Assembly (NCBI GenBank): GCA_024405635.1
Contig: JAKSOL010000002.1
Location: forward strand, 128,001-192,000
Reading direction: 5' to 3'
Origin: Salinivirgaceae bacterium
GTDB taxonomy: Bacteria; Bacteroidota; Bacteroidia; Bacteroidales; SZUA-534
Length of the DNA: 64,000 nt
Every line of letters begins with the position of its first letter. Position 1 is the stretch's first letter. The position numbers were made by a program, and so were the translations under genes. Below the pieces are notes generated by a model, which saw only the letters and a program-made list of their open reading frames with translations, was not told the origin of the DNA and did no database searches. Below, piece by piece: positions 40,213 to 50,139 of this stretch.

Positions 40213-41025
40213 TTATTCTTCCACTTTCAAATTGTTGATGGTTTGCAACATGGCAGCGTGCAATAGTCCGTTGCTAACAATGGTTTCTTTTCCGCTATAA
40301 AACAGGTCGCTTTCGTTTCCGCAAAAATCCGACACCAGTCCGCCTGCTTGTTTTAAAATGATGCTTGCAGCGGCAACGTCCCAAGGTCCAATTAAAGCTT
40401 CTATCCGGGCCTCGAATCTGCCAGCAGCAACGTAGCAAATTTCAGCGGCAGCCGAGCCGAGCACTCGCAGTGTGGCAACGTTTCCGTATAGGCGATTTAT
40501 GATTGGCACAATAAAATTGCGGTAGCGGTCGGCATCGTAGGTAAAGCCAAGTTCAATGGCTGCATTGTTAAGCTCGCACACTCGACTTACATTTATTTCT
40601 TGCCCGTTTAGGTATGCTTTTGAGTATTTGTTTGCCCAAAAAAGTTCGTTTCGGCAGCATTCGTAAACCACACCAAGCAACATTTCTGTTTTGTTGCGCA
40701 AACCAATGCTAACGCAAAAAGGTGCGTTGTTGTGAATAAAATTTGTTGTCCCGTCAAGAGGATCTACCACCCAACAATAAGGCTCGCCGTTCATGTGAGT
40801 GCCACTCTCTTCGGCAATAAAACCTGCTTGTGGCAAAAGTTTGTGCAACTGCGCCACAATCATCTTTTCCGATTCTTTGTCAACGTAACTCACGTAGTCG
40901 TGCGACCGTTTTTGTTCAACCTTATTTAGGTCAAATTTTTTGCGTTCGTTAGTTAAAAAACTTCCAGCCTCAAGTGCCAATTTTTTAACTTGTTCGGTTA
41001 GTGCGTTTAATTCTTGTTCGTTCAT
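40213..41025 (-). CDS. suhB: Inositol monophosphatase family protein (SuhB-like)
   Basis: AEES, WVVDPLDGTTNF, GSAA, PWDVAA. Confidence 0.88.
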   Translation of the reverse strand: MNEQELNALTEQVKKLALEAGSFLTNERKKFDLNKVEQKRSHDYVSYVDKESEKMIVAQLHKLLPQAGFIAEESGTHMNGEPYCWVVDPLDGTTNFIHNNAPFCVSIGLRNKTEMLLGVVYECCRNELFWANKYSKAYLNGQEINVSRVCELNNAAIELGFTYDADRYRNFIVPIINRLYGNVATLRVLGSAAAEICYVAAGRFEARIEALIGPWDVAAASIILKQAGGLVSDFCGNESDLFYSGKETIVSNGLLHAAMLQTINNLKVEE

Positions 41026-41268
41026 CGGTAAGTTCTTTTTTGGGTTATGCTAATGCGGTTTTGCATTGGTGTAAAGGTATGTGCCGATTGGTATTTTGTG
41101 GCATGCAGTTTTCAATTCTTTTTAACGGTTTCAGGGTGTCGGTTTTCATTGCAGAATTATTGTAAATTTGCGTGATTTTTAGAAAAGAAAATCAAGAGAT
41201 TGAGCAGTTGTATTACTGCGTAAAGTGTTGTTTTATAGATAAATAAACGATTGGTAGATTTGCCGATT

Positions 41269-42453
41269 ATGAAAAACAGAAAAATATTGATTGGTGCCAT
41301 AACAATGGCATTTGCGTGTAGCGCTTGTTCCGATTCAGTAACCGTGCCCGACAAAATTTCGGTGTCGGGAACAATTAGTGGAGCTCAAGGTAAATACCTT
41401 AAGGTTATCGATATGACCAAAATGGGTTTTGCTCCCGATTCAATTCAACTTGATGCTAATGGCAGTTTTGCTTTTGAATTGCAAACATCAGAGCCCAAAG
41501 ACTACGTTTTATACATTAATACCGACAACTGCTTGCGCATTGTGCCATGTGCAAACGATACTTTGAAACTTACAGTTCAATATCCCGATTTGGTGCAAAC
41601 ATACAAAGTGTGGGGTAGTGCTGAGTCGGAGCGATTGAGCGGACTAATGAAGTTGCACTATGCTGCAAATTACGCACTCGACACATTAAACGCCTTCTAC
41701 ATGGCTCATCAACTCGACCGTAAATTGCCGCAAATTGTTAGCGATATAACACGCAAGTCCGATTCAATTCTGAAAGCCGACCGTGCTGCTCACGAGAACT
41801 TTATTAAAACCCGACCAGGATCGTTGGCAAGTTATGTTGCATTGTCGTCAAAGTTGGGCGTGCGCACCAATCTGTTTAATATTCAAGACGATTTTGAATT
41901 GTTTGAAATGGTTGATACTGCGTTGTTTAACCGATTTGATACAACTGCAATCACCATAATGTTGCGCCAATATGTGCAAAAAGCACGCGCGGCAATGCGT
42001 ATGCAACCAAAAGCAAAAACTGCGGTTGCAGTAGGCGATACTTTGCCCGACATCGCATTGTCAAACCCTTATGGCGATACCATTCGTCTTTCAAAATTTG
42101 CAGGCGATGTGGTGCTCGTTCATTTTTGGGGAAGTTGGTGCCGTCCTTGCCGTCAAGAGAATATTGAACTTCGTCGTGTTTTTGGTCGATACCGTTCACG
42201 TGGATTCCAAATTTATTCCATTGCACTTGAGCGTAGCCTCGACGATTGGAAAAACTGCATTCGCGAAGACCGTATGTATTGGATAAACCATGTTAGCGAA
42301 CTGAATTACATGGACAGCAAAGTGGCTAAACAATTGGGTATTACATCAATTCCTGCCAATATTCTTATCGATGGAAATCGTGTAGTGCTTGCAACAAACC
42401 TTAATCCCGATCAGCTCCGTACAAAACTTGACGAGGTGATGCGCAAAAGATAA
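41269..42453 (+). CDS. TlpA/AhpC-type thioredoxin-like lipoprotein
   Basis: Lipoprotein-like N-terminus (FACSAC); FWGSWCRPCR; IPANILID; TAAATTTG box at 41163-41170. Confidence 0.85.
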   Translation: MKNRKILIGAITMAFACSACSDSVTVPDKISVSGTISGAQGKYLKVIDMTKMGFAPDSIQLDANGSFAFELQTSEPKDYVLYINTDNCLRIVPCANDTLKLTVQYPDLVQTYKVWGSAESERLSGLMKLHYAANYALDTLNAFYMAHQLDRKLPQIVSDITRKSDSILKADRAAHENFIKTRPGSLASYVALSSKLGVRTNLFNIQDDFELFEMVDTALFNRFDTTAITIMLRQYVQKARAAMRMQPKAKTAVAVGDTLPDIALSNPYGDTIRLSKFAGDVVLVHFWGSWCRPCRQENIELRRVFGRYRSRGFQIYSIALERSLDDWKNCIREDRMYWINHVSELNYMDSKVAKQLGITSIPANILIDGNRVVLATNLNPDQLRTKLDEVMRKR

Positions 42454-42465
42454 AATCAAGCGTAA

Positions 42466-43266
42466 ATGCCAAATAGTCAGAAGAAAATATACTTTGCATC
42501 TGATGCACATTTGGGCTATCCAAATTTGCACGAAGCTCGATGGCGCGAGGATGTTTTTGTTGCGTGGCTCGATAGTATAAAGTCTGATGCCGCTGAACTT
42601 TATTTGGTTGGCGACATTTTCGATTTCTGGTTTGAATATAAGTCGGTGGTTCCAAAAGGCTTTGTTCGCTTGCTGGGTAAACTAGCCGAATTTGTCGATA
42701 GTGGTATTCCTGTTCACTTTTTTACTGGCAATCACGACGTTTGGGCATTTAGCTATTTGCACGATGAAATAGGTTGCACTTTGCACTTTGGTCCTGTTGA
42801 AGCCGAACTTATGGGTAAACGATTTTTAATTGCTCATGGCGATGGCTTAGGTCCCGATACTTGGTCGTATAAACTGCTAAAACGATTGTTTACCAGTAAG
42901 TTTTTGCAATTTATGTTTGCGTGTTTGCATCCCAATTGGGCAATGTGGTTTGGGCATAAATGGTCAAATCATAGCCGTGGCCGCAAAGGTTTAGCTCCAT
43001 TCCCTTATAAAGGCGACGACCAAGAATATACCTACGTTTACTCAATGCAAGTGCTTGAACAAAAGTCAATTGACTATTTTGTGTACGGCCATCGACATTT
43101 AATGATTCAAAAAAACTTGCCAAACAAATCGAACTACATTGTGCTGGGCGATTGGGTTTACAACTTCTCGTATGGAGTGTTTGATGGACAAACCTTTGAG
43201 TTGAAAACTATTCAAAATGAAATGATTGAAAAATATAAAGCAAAACAAAAAACGGAATTACTATGA
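42466..43266 (+). CDS. lpxH: UDP-2,3-diacylglucosamine diphosphatase
   Basis: SDAHLG, GDIFDFW, GNHD, AHGDG, YGHRH, LGDW. Confidence 0.88.
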   Translation: MPNSQKKIYFASDAHLGYPNLHEARWREDVFVAWLDSIKSDAAELYLVGDIFDFWFEYKSVVPKGFVRLLGKLAEFVDSGIPVHFFTGNHDVWAFSYLHDEIGCTLHFGPVEAELMGKRFLIAHGDGLGPDTWSYKLLKRLFTSKFLQFMFACLHPNWAMWFGHKWSNHSRGRKGLAPFPYKGDDQEYTYVYSMQVLEQKSIDYFVYGHRHLMIQKNLPNKSNYIVLGDWVYNFSYGVFDGQTFELKTIQNEMIEKYKAKQKTELL

Positions 43267-44102
43267 AAACAAAACAGGTTTTAAAAATGCTAGCTATTGT
43301 AGCTGTAGCCTCGTCGGTTATGGCATCGTGCACTAGCGATAGCAAAAAAAATCAAGCATCGGCCGAAATGAAAATTGAAATGGCTGAAGCGCAATTGGGG
43401 GCGAATAAGGCATACAAAATTCCAACTCCAATTGATTTGTTTATACGCATGCAGAGCCTTAAGGTCAAATTCAATACCGATTTGCTAAACCCTGTTGCCA
43501 ATGTTAATATTTACGAAACCCAACTTCAAAAATCGATGAATTTGGGTGTGTATGCAGCCGACCTTGCTTATGCTAGTTTGCTTGGCGACTCGCAAAACGC
43601 TGAACAATATATTGGTGTGGTAATGAAACTTGCTACATCGCTCAACCTTATGGAGGGAATGAACAAAACTCTTGTTGAACGCATAAACGCAAACATTAAC
43701 GAAAGCGACTCTCTATTAGCCATTAGCAGCGATTCATATCAAGACGTAATCAATTTTATTGAAGATAACGGACTTACCGACGTTCAGTGCATGGTGGTGG
43801 CTGGCGCGTGGATTGAGAGCCTTTATCTCTGCTTCCGTTCAGTAGGAAATATAGCTGTATCGCCTGAAATTGAAGAAGTGGTGGCCGACCAACAAGTTCT
43901 GCTCGAAAACTTATCGGAGTTGCTCGATGCAAACCAATCGGCTCCAAATGTTGCTAAAGTTGCCGAGTACATTGCACAAATTCAATCGGAGTACGATGTT
44001 CTTTACGACAACGATGGCCGCCCAATGACTCAACAGCAATTAGTTGCCATTGTGAATGTTATTACCGATGTTAGAAACAATATCAGCACCTTAAAAGATT
44101 AG
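43263..44102 (+). CDS. Hypothetical all-helical lipoprotein
   Basis: Lipobox VMASC; IPTP, MNLGVYAADLAY, VAGAWIESLY; overlaps lpxH stop. Confidence 0.75.
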   Translation: MKTKQVLKMLAIVAVASSVMASCTSDSKKNQASAEMKIEMAEAQLGANKAYKIPTPIDLFIRMQSLKVKFNTDLLNPVANVNIYETQLQKSMNLGVYAADLAYASLLGDSQNAEQYIGVVMKLATSLNLMEGMNKTLVERINANINESDSLLAISSDSYQDVINFIEDNGLTDVQCMVVAGAWIESLYLCFRSVGNIAVSPEIEEVVADQQVLLENLSELLDANQSAPNVAKVAEYIAQIQSEYDVLYDNDGRPMTQQQLVAIVNVITDVRNNISTLKD

Positions 44103-44106
44103 CAAA

Positions 44107-44679
44107 ATGAAAGTAGTTAAATTCATATACACAATTGCATTGTTAGCAACAACTCAAATTGCTGTTGCTCAAGATTGTTCTACAAAAAAACTTGGTACAG
44201 TTGAGCGTCGTGGTCAATACGATTATCATGGTCAATCAACTTATTCGTCAATGGCAGCCGGCGATTCGGTTTCGTTAAGTGCAGTGCTTTACTCTCGCCA
44301 AAACTATCGCATTTTTGTTGCGGCCGAAGAGGCTGTTGGCGACATGTACTACAAAGTGTTTGTTACCAAAAAGAAATCGGTGCGAGTAGTTAAGGAAATT
44401 CGACAGAAAGACCTTTATGTGTACAAAACCGACACGCTTGGTTATTACGATTTCGATCTCGATGGCCAACGTATTTTCATCGACCGCCAAGTTGTGCCCG
44501 ATACTATTTGGACCCGACAAACTACTACTGTAGTTGAGCAAGTGTTTGATAGCCGCAACACTTCAAAACAGTTCTACGAATTAACTCCAGATCGTACTCA
44601 AATTGTGTTGGTTAAGGTTTATTCGTTGTCGCGCGAAGGACGTGGTTGTGTGGGAGTATTTGTAGGTCGCAAACAATAA
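44107..44679 (+). CDS. Hypothetical secreted protein
   Basis: Signal peptide AVA-QDC; terminal GCVGVFVG; in operon with neighbours. Confidence 0.7.
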   Translation: MKVVKFIYTIALLATTQIAVAQDCSTKKLGTVERRGQYDYHGQSTYSSMAAGDSVSLSAVLYSRQNYRIFVAAEEAVGDMYYKVFVTKKKSVRVVKEIRQKDLYVYKTDTLGYYDFDLDGQRIFIDRQVVPDTIWTRQTTTVVEQVFDSRNTSKQFYELTPDRTQIVLVKVYSLSREGRGCVGVFVGRKQ

Positions 44680-44691
44680 TTATTTACTATC

Positions 44692-46467
44692 ATGAAAAAC
44701 TTTATTTCAAGCCTTTTTGCAAACTTGTTGGCACTTATCATCTACACAACACTAATGTTTGTTGTGCTTGTTGGTTTTATTGGCGTTTTGGCATCAACTG
44801 CTCAAATCGAAAAATCAAAACCAATGGACATTAAGGCGCACTCGGTTCTTAAATTCGATATAAATAGTGAGGTCTGCGACCGCGTTACCGACGATTTGCA
44901 ATCAAGTTTAAACCAAATCTTAAACCAGTCGGACCCACAAGTTGGTTTGGTGCAAATCACCCGTTCAATTGAGGCTGCAGCTTCCGACCCAAATATCGAT
45001 GGAATAGTACTTGAATTGGGCGATGACTTTTATGCTGGAATATCAACCATCGACGAAATTCGTAAAGCGTTACTGCGTTTTCGTGAGTCAGGAAAATTTG
45101 TTGTGTCAAACGCATTAAACTACACTCAAGGTACCTATTTTTTAGCCACCGCAGCCAATCGCATCTATCTCAATCCAATGGGAGAACTAACATTCAAAGG
45201 CTTGTCGGTAAGAGTAATGATGTATAAAGACTTGCTCGATAAACTCGGAGTTGAGGCTACAGTGTTCAAGTGCGGTAAGTTTAAAAGTGCTACCGAACCA
45301 TACGTGCAAAGTCACATAAGCAACGAAAACCGTTTGCAGTACCAAATGATGATATCCGATTTCTGGGCTTATATGCGCAATGTAATTGGCAAGTCGCGCA
45401 ATATCGATGCTCAAGAATTGAATAGAATTGCCGATGGCCTTTTGGTTGAAGATGCTGCTACTGCTCAAAAAATAGGTTTGGTTGACCAAGTGTGCTACTC
45501 ATCGGTTGTTGAAGATAGTTTGAAACAGAAAATTGGCGTTAGCGAAATAAATTATGTGTCGTTATTAGACTATATGCAAAACGTGCGAGTGGCAAATGGT
45601 AATCAAAAAGTTGCCATTATTTATGCTGAAGGTGAAATAGTTAGTAAAGCATCGTCAACTGCAACTCAAAAGCAATTTGATTTCAACATGATGGCTAAGG
45701 CTATTGATGAGGTTGAGGCCGATAGCGCAATAAAAGCTGTGGTTTTGCGCGTAAACTCGCCTGGCGGCAACGCTATTACCAGCGAGTTTATTCACCGTAA
45801 AATCGAAAAATTGAAAAAAACTAAACCTGTAGTTGTGTCAATGGGCGATTATGCCGCATCGGGTGGTTATTACATTGCGTGCCCAGGTTCGACCATAGTG
45901 GCAAACGAACTAACGCTAACAGGTTCTATTGGCGTGTTTGGACTAAGTTTGAACATGCAAAAACTGCTAAACGATAAATTGGGTGTAAACTGCGATGTGG
46001 TTAAAACCAACGAACATGCCGATTTTCCTAGCCCAGTGCGCAAATATTCGTCGCGCGAGAGTGCATACATGCAGCACTTGGTTGATAGCATATACACACT
46101 TTTCAAACATCGTGTGTCTTCGGGGCGTTCGCTCAATGTTGATTATATTGAGCAAATTGCGCAAGGTCGTGTTTGGACTGGTGTTGCTGCAAAACAAAAC
46201 GGCCTAATTGATTGCTTTGGCGACTTGGCTTCGGCTCTTAATATTGCCGCTCAAATGGCAAATATTCCTGTCTCAGAATTTGGTGTTGTCGATTATCCCA
46301 AAGAAAAAGATTTGGTGTCGCAATTAATGGAAATGATGGGGACCAAAATGCAAATGCGTTGCAAATCGCCAATTGCCGAAAAAATTCAAAGCACAATTGA
46401 TTACATCAGCAATTTGCAACCTCGTAGTATTCAAGCGCGTCTTGAACAAGATATTTTGGTGTATTGA
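44692..46467 (+). CDS. sppA: Signal peptide peptidase SppA (67K type)
   Basis: GKFKSATEP, LRVNSPGG, SMGDYAASGGY, TGSIGVF, QGRVWTG. Confidence 0.95.
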   Translation: MKNFISSLFANLLALIIYTTLMFVVLVGFIGVLASTAQIEKSKPMDIKAHSVLKFDINSEVCDRVTDDLQSSLNQILNQSDPQVGLVQITRSIEAAASDPNIDGIVLELGDDFYAGISTIDEIRKALLRFRESGKFVVSNALNYTQGTYFLATAANRIYLNPMGELTFKGLSVRVMMYKDLLDKLGVEATVFKCGKFKSATEPYVQSHISNENRLQYQMMISDFWAYMRNVIGKSRNIDAQELNRIADGLLVEDAATAQKIGLVDQVCYSSVVEDSLKQKIGVSEINYVSLLDYMQNVRVANGNQKVAIIYAEGEIVSKASSTATQKQFDFNMMAKAIDEVEADSAIKAVVLRVNSPGGNAITSEFIHRKIEKLKKTKPVVVSMGDYAASGGYYIACPGSTIVANELTLTGSIGVFGLSLNMQKLLNDKLGVNCDVVKTNEHADFPSPVRKYSSRESAYMQHLVDSIYTLFKHRVSSGRSLNVDYIEQIAQGRVWTGVAAKQNGLIDCFGDLASALNIAAQMANIPVSEFGVVDYPKEKDLVSQLMEMMGTKMQMRCKSPIAEKIQSTIDYISNLQPRSIQARLEQDILVY

Positions 46468-47513
46468 AAATAGTAGCACAAATATTAAAAATAGCTTTGT
46501 GGCCATTGTCGCTTGTGTATGGCGCAGTGGCCACTTTTCGCAACATTTGTTTCAATTGTCATTTGCTTAAACAAACTGAATTTAAAACACCAACAATTTG
46601 CGTTGGCAATATCTCGGTTGGCGGAACTGGCAAAACCCCACACGTTGAGTATCTTGTACGATTACTTAGCAAACACTTTGGCAATCAAATTGCAACGGTT
46701 AGCCGCGGCTATGGACGCTCAACATCGGGCTTTGTGTTGGCCAATTCAACATCAACAGCAGCTACCATTGGCGACGAACCAAATCAAATACGCTGCAATA
46801 ATCCAAGCATAACCGTTTGTGTTGACGAAAACCGATGCCGTGCAATCAGCCATTTGCAACAAATGCCGCAACCGCCTAAGGCTATAATTCTCGACGATGC
46901 ATACCAACACCGATACGTTAAGCCCAAAATAAACATCCTTCTGGTCGATTACAATCGCCCCATTTTTGCCGACACAATGATGCCATCGGGTAGGTTGCGA
47001 GAACCGCGTTGGGGAAAAAATCGGGCCAATGTGGTGGTGGTTACAAAATGCCCTGAAAATGTTGATAAACAATTGTTTGAGCGAAAGCTGAACTTAAAGC
47101 CTAACCAAAAATTGTTCTTTTCAACATTTAAATACGGCAACTTAAAATCGGAAAATGGAGCATACACATTGTCAAAAAACTGCAGTGTGTTAGCAGTTTC
47201 AGGCATAGCACATCCCGAAAATATGTTGCAGTATCTTCAGTCGCAAAGTGCCGATGTTAAAAGTGTGCGTTTTGCCGACCATCATAACTTTTCACAATCA
47301 GACATTGACCAAATTGTGGTTCAGTTTAATTCAATAACCAATCCAAATAAGCTGATAGTTACAACCGAAAAAGATTTTTCACGTTTGGTTGATTCGCCTT
47401 TGTATGAGCAAGTATCTAAACTTCCGCTATGTCGATTACCAATTCAGGTAGAGTTTGTTGGCTCACAATCAGCGGAATTTGATAATATTGTAATTGCTTG
47501 TTTAACCAAATAA
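46464..47513 (+). CDS. lpxK: Tetraacyldisaccharide 4'-kinase
   Basis: VGNISVGGTGKTP, SRGYGR, GDEP, LDDAYQH, GRLRE, FADHH, TTEKD. Confidence 0.95.
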   Translation: MKIVAQILKIALWPLSLVYGAVATFRNICFNCHLLKQTEFKTPTICVGNISVGGTGKTPHVEYLVRLLSKHFGNQIATVSRGYGRSTSGFVLANSTSTAATIGDEPNQIRCNNPSITVCVDENRCRAISHLQQMPQPPKAIILDDAYQHRYVKPKINILLVDYNRPIFADTMMPSGRLREPRWGKNRANVVVVTKCPENVDKQLFERKLNLKPNQKLFFSTFKYGNLKSENGAYTLSKNCSVLAVSGIAHPENMLQYLQSQSADVKSVRFADHHNFSQSDIDQIVVQFNSITNPNKLIVTTEKDFSRLVDSPLYEQVSKLPLCRLPIQVEFVGSQSAEFDNIVIACLTK

Positions 47514-47521
47514 TAACTGAT

Positions 47522-47740
47522 ATGGTATTAATATTCATTTCTATCATTTTCTTTGTTTGCTTGGTGTTTGTGGTATATGTATTGCGCCAAGGCAAAAATC
47601 AAGATTCAGCACAACTTCAAACCGAGCGCGACATGCTACGTGGCCGCGTTGATGAACTACAACGCGAAGTTGAAACTCTTCGACACGAATTATTGCAAAA
47701 AACCGAGGAGATTGCCGTACTGCGTAATCAAAAATCTTAA
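47522..47740 (+). CDS. Small TM plus coiled-coil protein, possibly a truncated gene remnant
   Basis: 72 aa: hydrophobic N-terminal helix then heptad-like QTERDMLRGRVDELQREVETLRHELL. Confidence 0.45.
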   Translation: MVLIFISIIFFVCLVFVVYVLRQGKNQDSAQLQTERDMLRGRVDELQREVETLRHELLQKTEEIAVLRNQKS

Positions 47741-47941
47741 TCATTGTTGTCGCTATAAAGAGCAATAAAACTCAAATGTGAGTTTTTGTTATTGACAAAC
47801 AACTCGATAAGTACAACTCCCACCAATTTTGCTATTTTTGACACCCAAATTGCGCAATTATGCGCATTGAACGTGGAGCAACTTGGTATATTTGCAATAT
47901 TGAATAATTGAATTTTATAAACGTTATAAAACCAAAAATAA

Positions 47942-49963
47942 ATGAGCACAAACGTAACAAAGCTTGCTGCTGACAACATTCGTATTTTGGCAGCATCAAT
48001 GGTCGAGAAGGCCAAATCAGGTCACCCTGGCGGTGCTATGGGTGGAGCAGACTTCATCAATGTACTTTACTCAGAGTTCTTGCAGTACGACCCCAAAAAT
48101 CCAAAATGGGTTGGTCGTGACCGTTTCTTCCTTGACCCAGGCCACATGGCTCCAATGCTTTACGCACAGTTGGCATTGACTGGCAAGTACACTCTTGACG
48201 AACTTGCACAATTGCGCCAATGGGGTTCTCCAACAACTGGTCACCCTGAGTTCGAAATTGAGCGTGGTGTAGAAAATACTTCTGGTCCTCTTGGTCAAGG
48301 TCACGTATTTGCTGTAGGTGCTGCTATTGCTGCTAAATTCTTGGCTGCTCACACTAGCAACCCAACTTTCGGTAAAGAAACTATCTACGCATACATCTCT
48401 GATGGTGGTATTCAAGAGGAAATTTCGCAAGGTGCTGCTCGTATTGCAGGTAACCTTGGTCTTGACAACCTTATCATGTTCTACGACTGCAACGATATCC
48501 AACTTTCAACCGAGACTAAAGAGGTTATGAACGAGGATACTGCTGCTAAGTATCGCGCTCAAGGTTGGGAAGTAATTGAAATTAACGGTAACGACGCTGA
48601 CCAAATCCGCAAGGCTATTGCTCAAGCTAAAGCTGTTAAAGGCAAACCAACTCTTATCATTGGTAAGTGCATCATGGGTAAAGGTGCTTTGAAAGAAGAT
48701 GGTTCGTCATACGAACGCAACTGCAAAACTCACGGCGCTCCTCTTGGTGGCGATGCTTACAAAAACACCATCAAAAACCTTGGTGGCGACCCTGAAAACC
48801 CATTCGTAATTTTCCCAGAGGTTAAAGATCTTTACGCTAAACGTGCTGAAGAACTTTCTAAAATTGTTGCTGAGCGCTATGCTGAAGAAAAAGCTTGGGC
48901 TGCTGCAAATGCCGACAAAGCTGCTGCTCAAGACGAGTGGTTTAGCGGCAAAGCTCCAAAAATCGACTGGAGCAAATGCTCTCAAAAAGACAACGATGCT
49001 ACACGTAACGCATCGGCAGCTTGCTTGAGCGTTTTGGCTGAGCAAGTTCCTAACATGATTTGCGCTTCGGCCGACTTGTCAAACTCTGACAAAACCGACG
49101 GTTTCTTGAAAAAAACTAAAGCGCTTACTGCTAACGACTTCTCTGGCGCATTCTTCCAAGCTGGTGTTGCTGAGCTTACCATGGCTTGCTGCTGCATCGG
49201 TATGGCACTTCACGGTGGCGTTATCCCTGCTTGCGGTACATTCTTTGTATTCTCTGACTATATGAAACCAGCTGTTCGTATGGCTGCTCTTATGCAACTT
49301 CCTGTTAAGTTCATCTGGACACACGACGCATTCCGTGTTGGTGAGGACGGTCCTACCCACGAGCCAGTTGAGCAAGAGGCTCAAATCCGCTTGATGGAGA
49401 AGTTGAAACGTCACGATGGCAAGAACTCATGCCTTGTTCTTCGTCCTGCTGATGCTAAAGAAACTACAGTTGCTTGGGCTATGGCAATGGACAACATGGA
49501 GAGCCCAACTGCGCTTATCTTCTCTCGCCAAAACATTAACAACCTTCCAGAGGGTAACGACTACGAGCAAGCTCGCAAGGGTGGTTACATTGTAGCTGGT
49601 TCTGATGCAAATCCTGATGTGGTTTGCGTTGCAACTGGTTCTGAGGTTTCTACTCTTGTTGCAGGTGCTGAACTTCTTCGCAAAGATGGCATCAAAGTTC
49701 GCATCGTTTCTGTTCCATCTGAAGGCTTGTTCCGCACACAAAGCGCTGAGTACCAACAAAGCGTAGTTCCTGCTGGAGCAAAAGTGTTTGGTATGACTGC
49801 TGGTCTTCCTGTAAACCTTCAAGGATTCCTAATTGGCGCCGATGCTAAATCAACCGTTTGGGGTCTTGAAACATTCGGTTTCTCAGCTCCTTACAAAGTG
49901 CTTGACGAGAAACTTGGATACACCGCTGAGAATGTATATGCACAAGTTAAGAAGATGTTCTAA
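47942..49963 (+). CDS. tkt: Transketolase
   Basis: SGHPGG, RDRFFLDPGH, GPLGQG, DGGIQE, GEDGPTHEPVEQ, LRPAD; strongly biased codon use; TATATTTG box at 47887-47894. Confidence 0.97.
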   Translation: MSTNVTKLAADNIRILAASMVEKAKSGHPGGAMGGADFINVLYSEFLQYDPKNPKWVGRDRFFLDPGHMAPMLYAQLALTGKYTLDELAQLRQWGSPTTGHPEFEIERGVENTSGPLGQGHVFAVGAAIAAKFLAAHTSNPTFGKETIYAYISDGGIQEEISQGAARIAGNLGLDNLIMFYDCNDIQLSTETKEVMNEDTAAKYRAQGWEVIEINGNDADQIRKAIAQAKAVKGKPTLIIGKCIMGKGALKEDGSSYERNCKTHGAPLGGDAYKNTIKNLGGDPENPFVIFPEVKDLYAKRAEELSKIVAERYAEEKAWAAANADKAAAQDEWFSGKAPKIDWSKCSQKDNDATRNASAACLSVLAEQVPNMICASADLSNSDKTDGFLKKTKALTANDFSGAFFQAGVAELTMACCCIGMALHGGVIPACGTFFVFSDYMKPAVRMAALMQLPVKFIWTHDAFRVGEDGPTHEPVEQEAQIRLMEKLKRHDGKNSCLVLRPADAKETTVAWAMAMDNMESPTALIFSRQNINNLPEGNDYEQARKGGYIVAGSDANPDVVCVATGSEVSTLVAGAELLRKDGIKVRIVSVPSEGLFRTQSAEYQQSVVPAGAKVFGMTAGLPVNLQGFLIGADAKSTVWGLETFGFSAPYKVLDEKLGYTAENVYAQVKKMF

Positions 49964-49985
49964 TTAGAAATACTTAACTAATAAT

Positions 49986-50022
49986 AAACGCCCTGCTGGC
50001 TTTTGCTGGTAGGGCGTTTTTT
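49986..50022 (+). terminator. Terminator after tkt
   Basis: AAACGCCCTGCTGGC-TTTT-GCTGGTAGGGCGTTTTTT. Confidence 0.85.
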
Positions 50023-50139
50023 GTTGATGCGTTGAATAATTTAATTGTGTAACGTGCTGCTTATAACTTAAAAATTAGAATCGTTTATCATAATTTCTTC
50101 TGCTTTTGACCTTCATAAATCTTTTTAAATATTTCTTTT

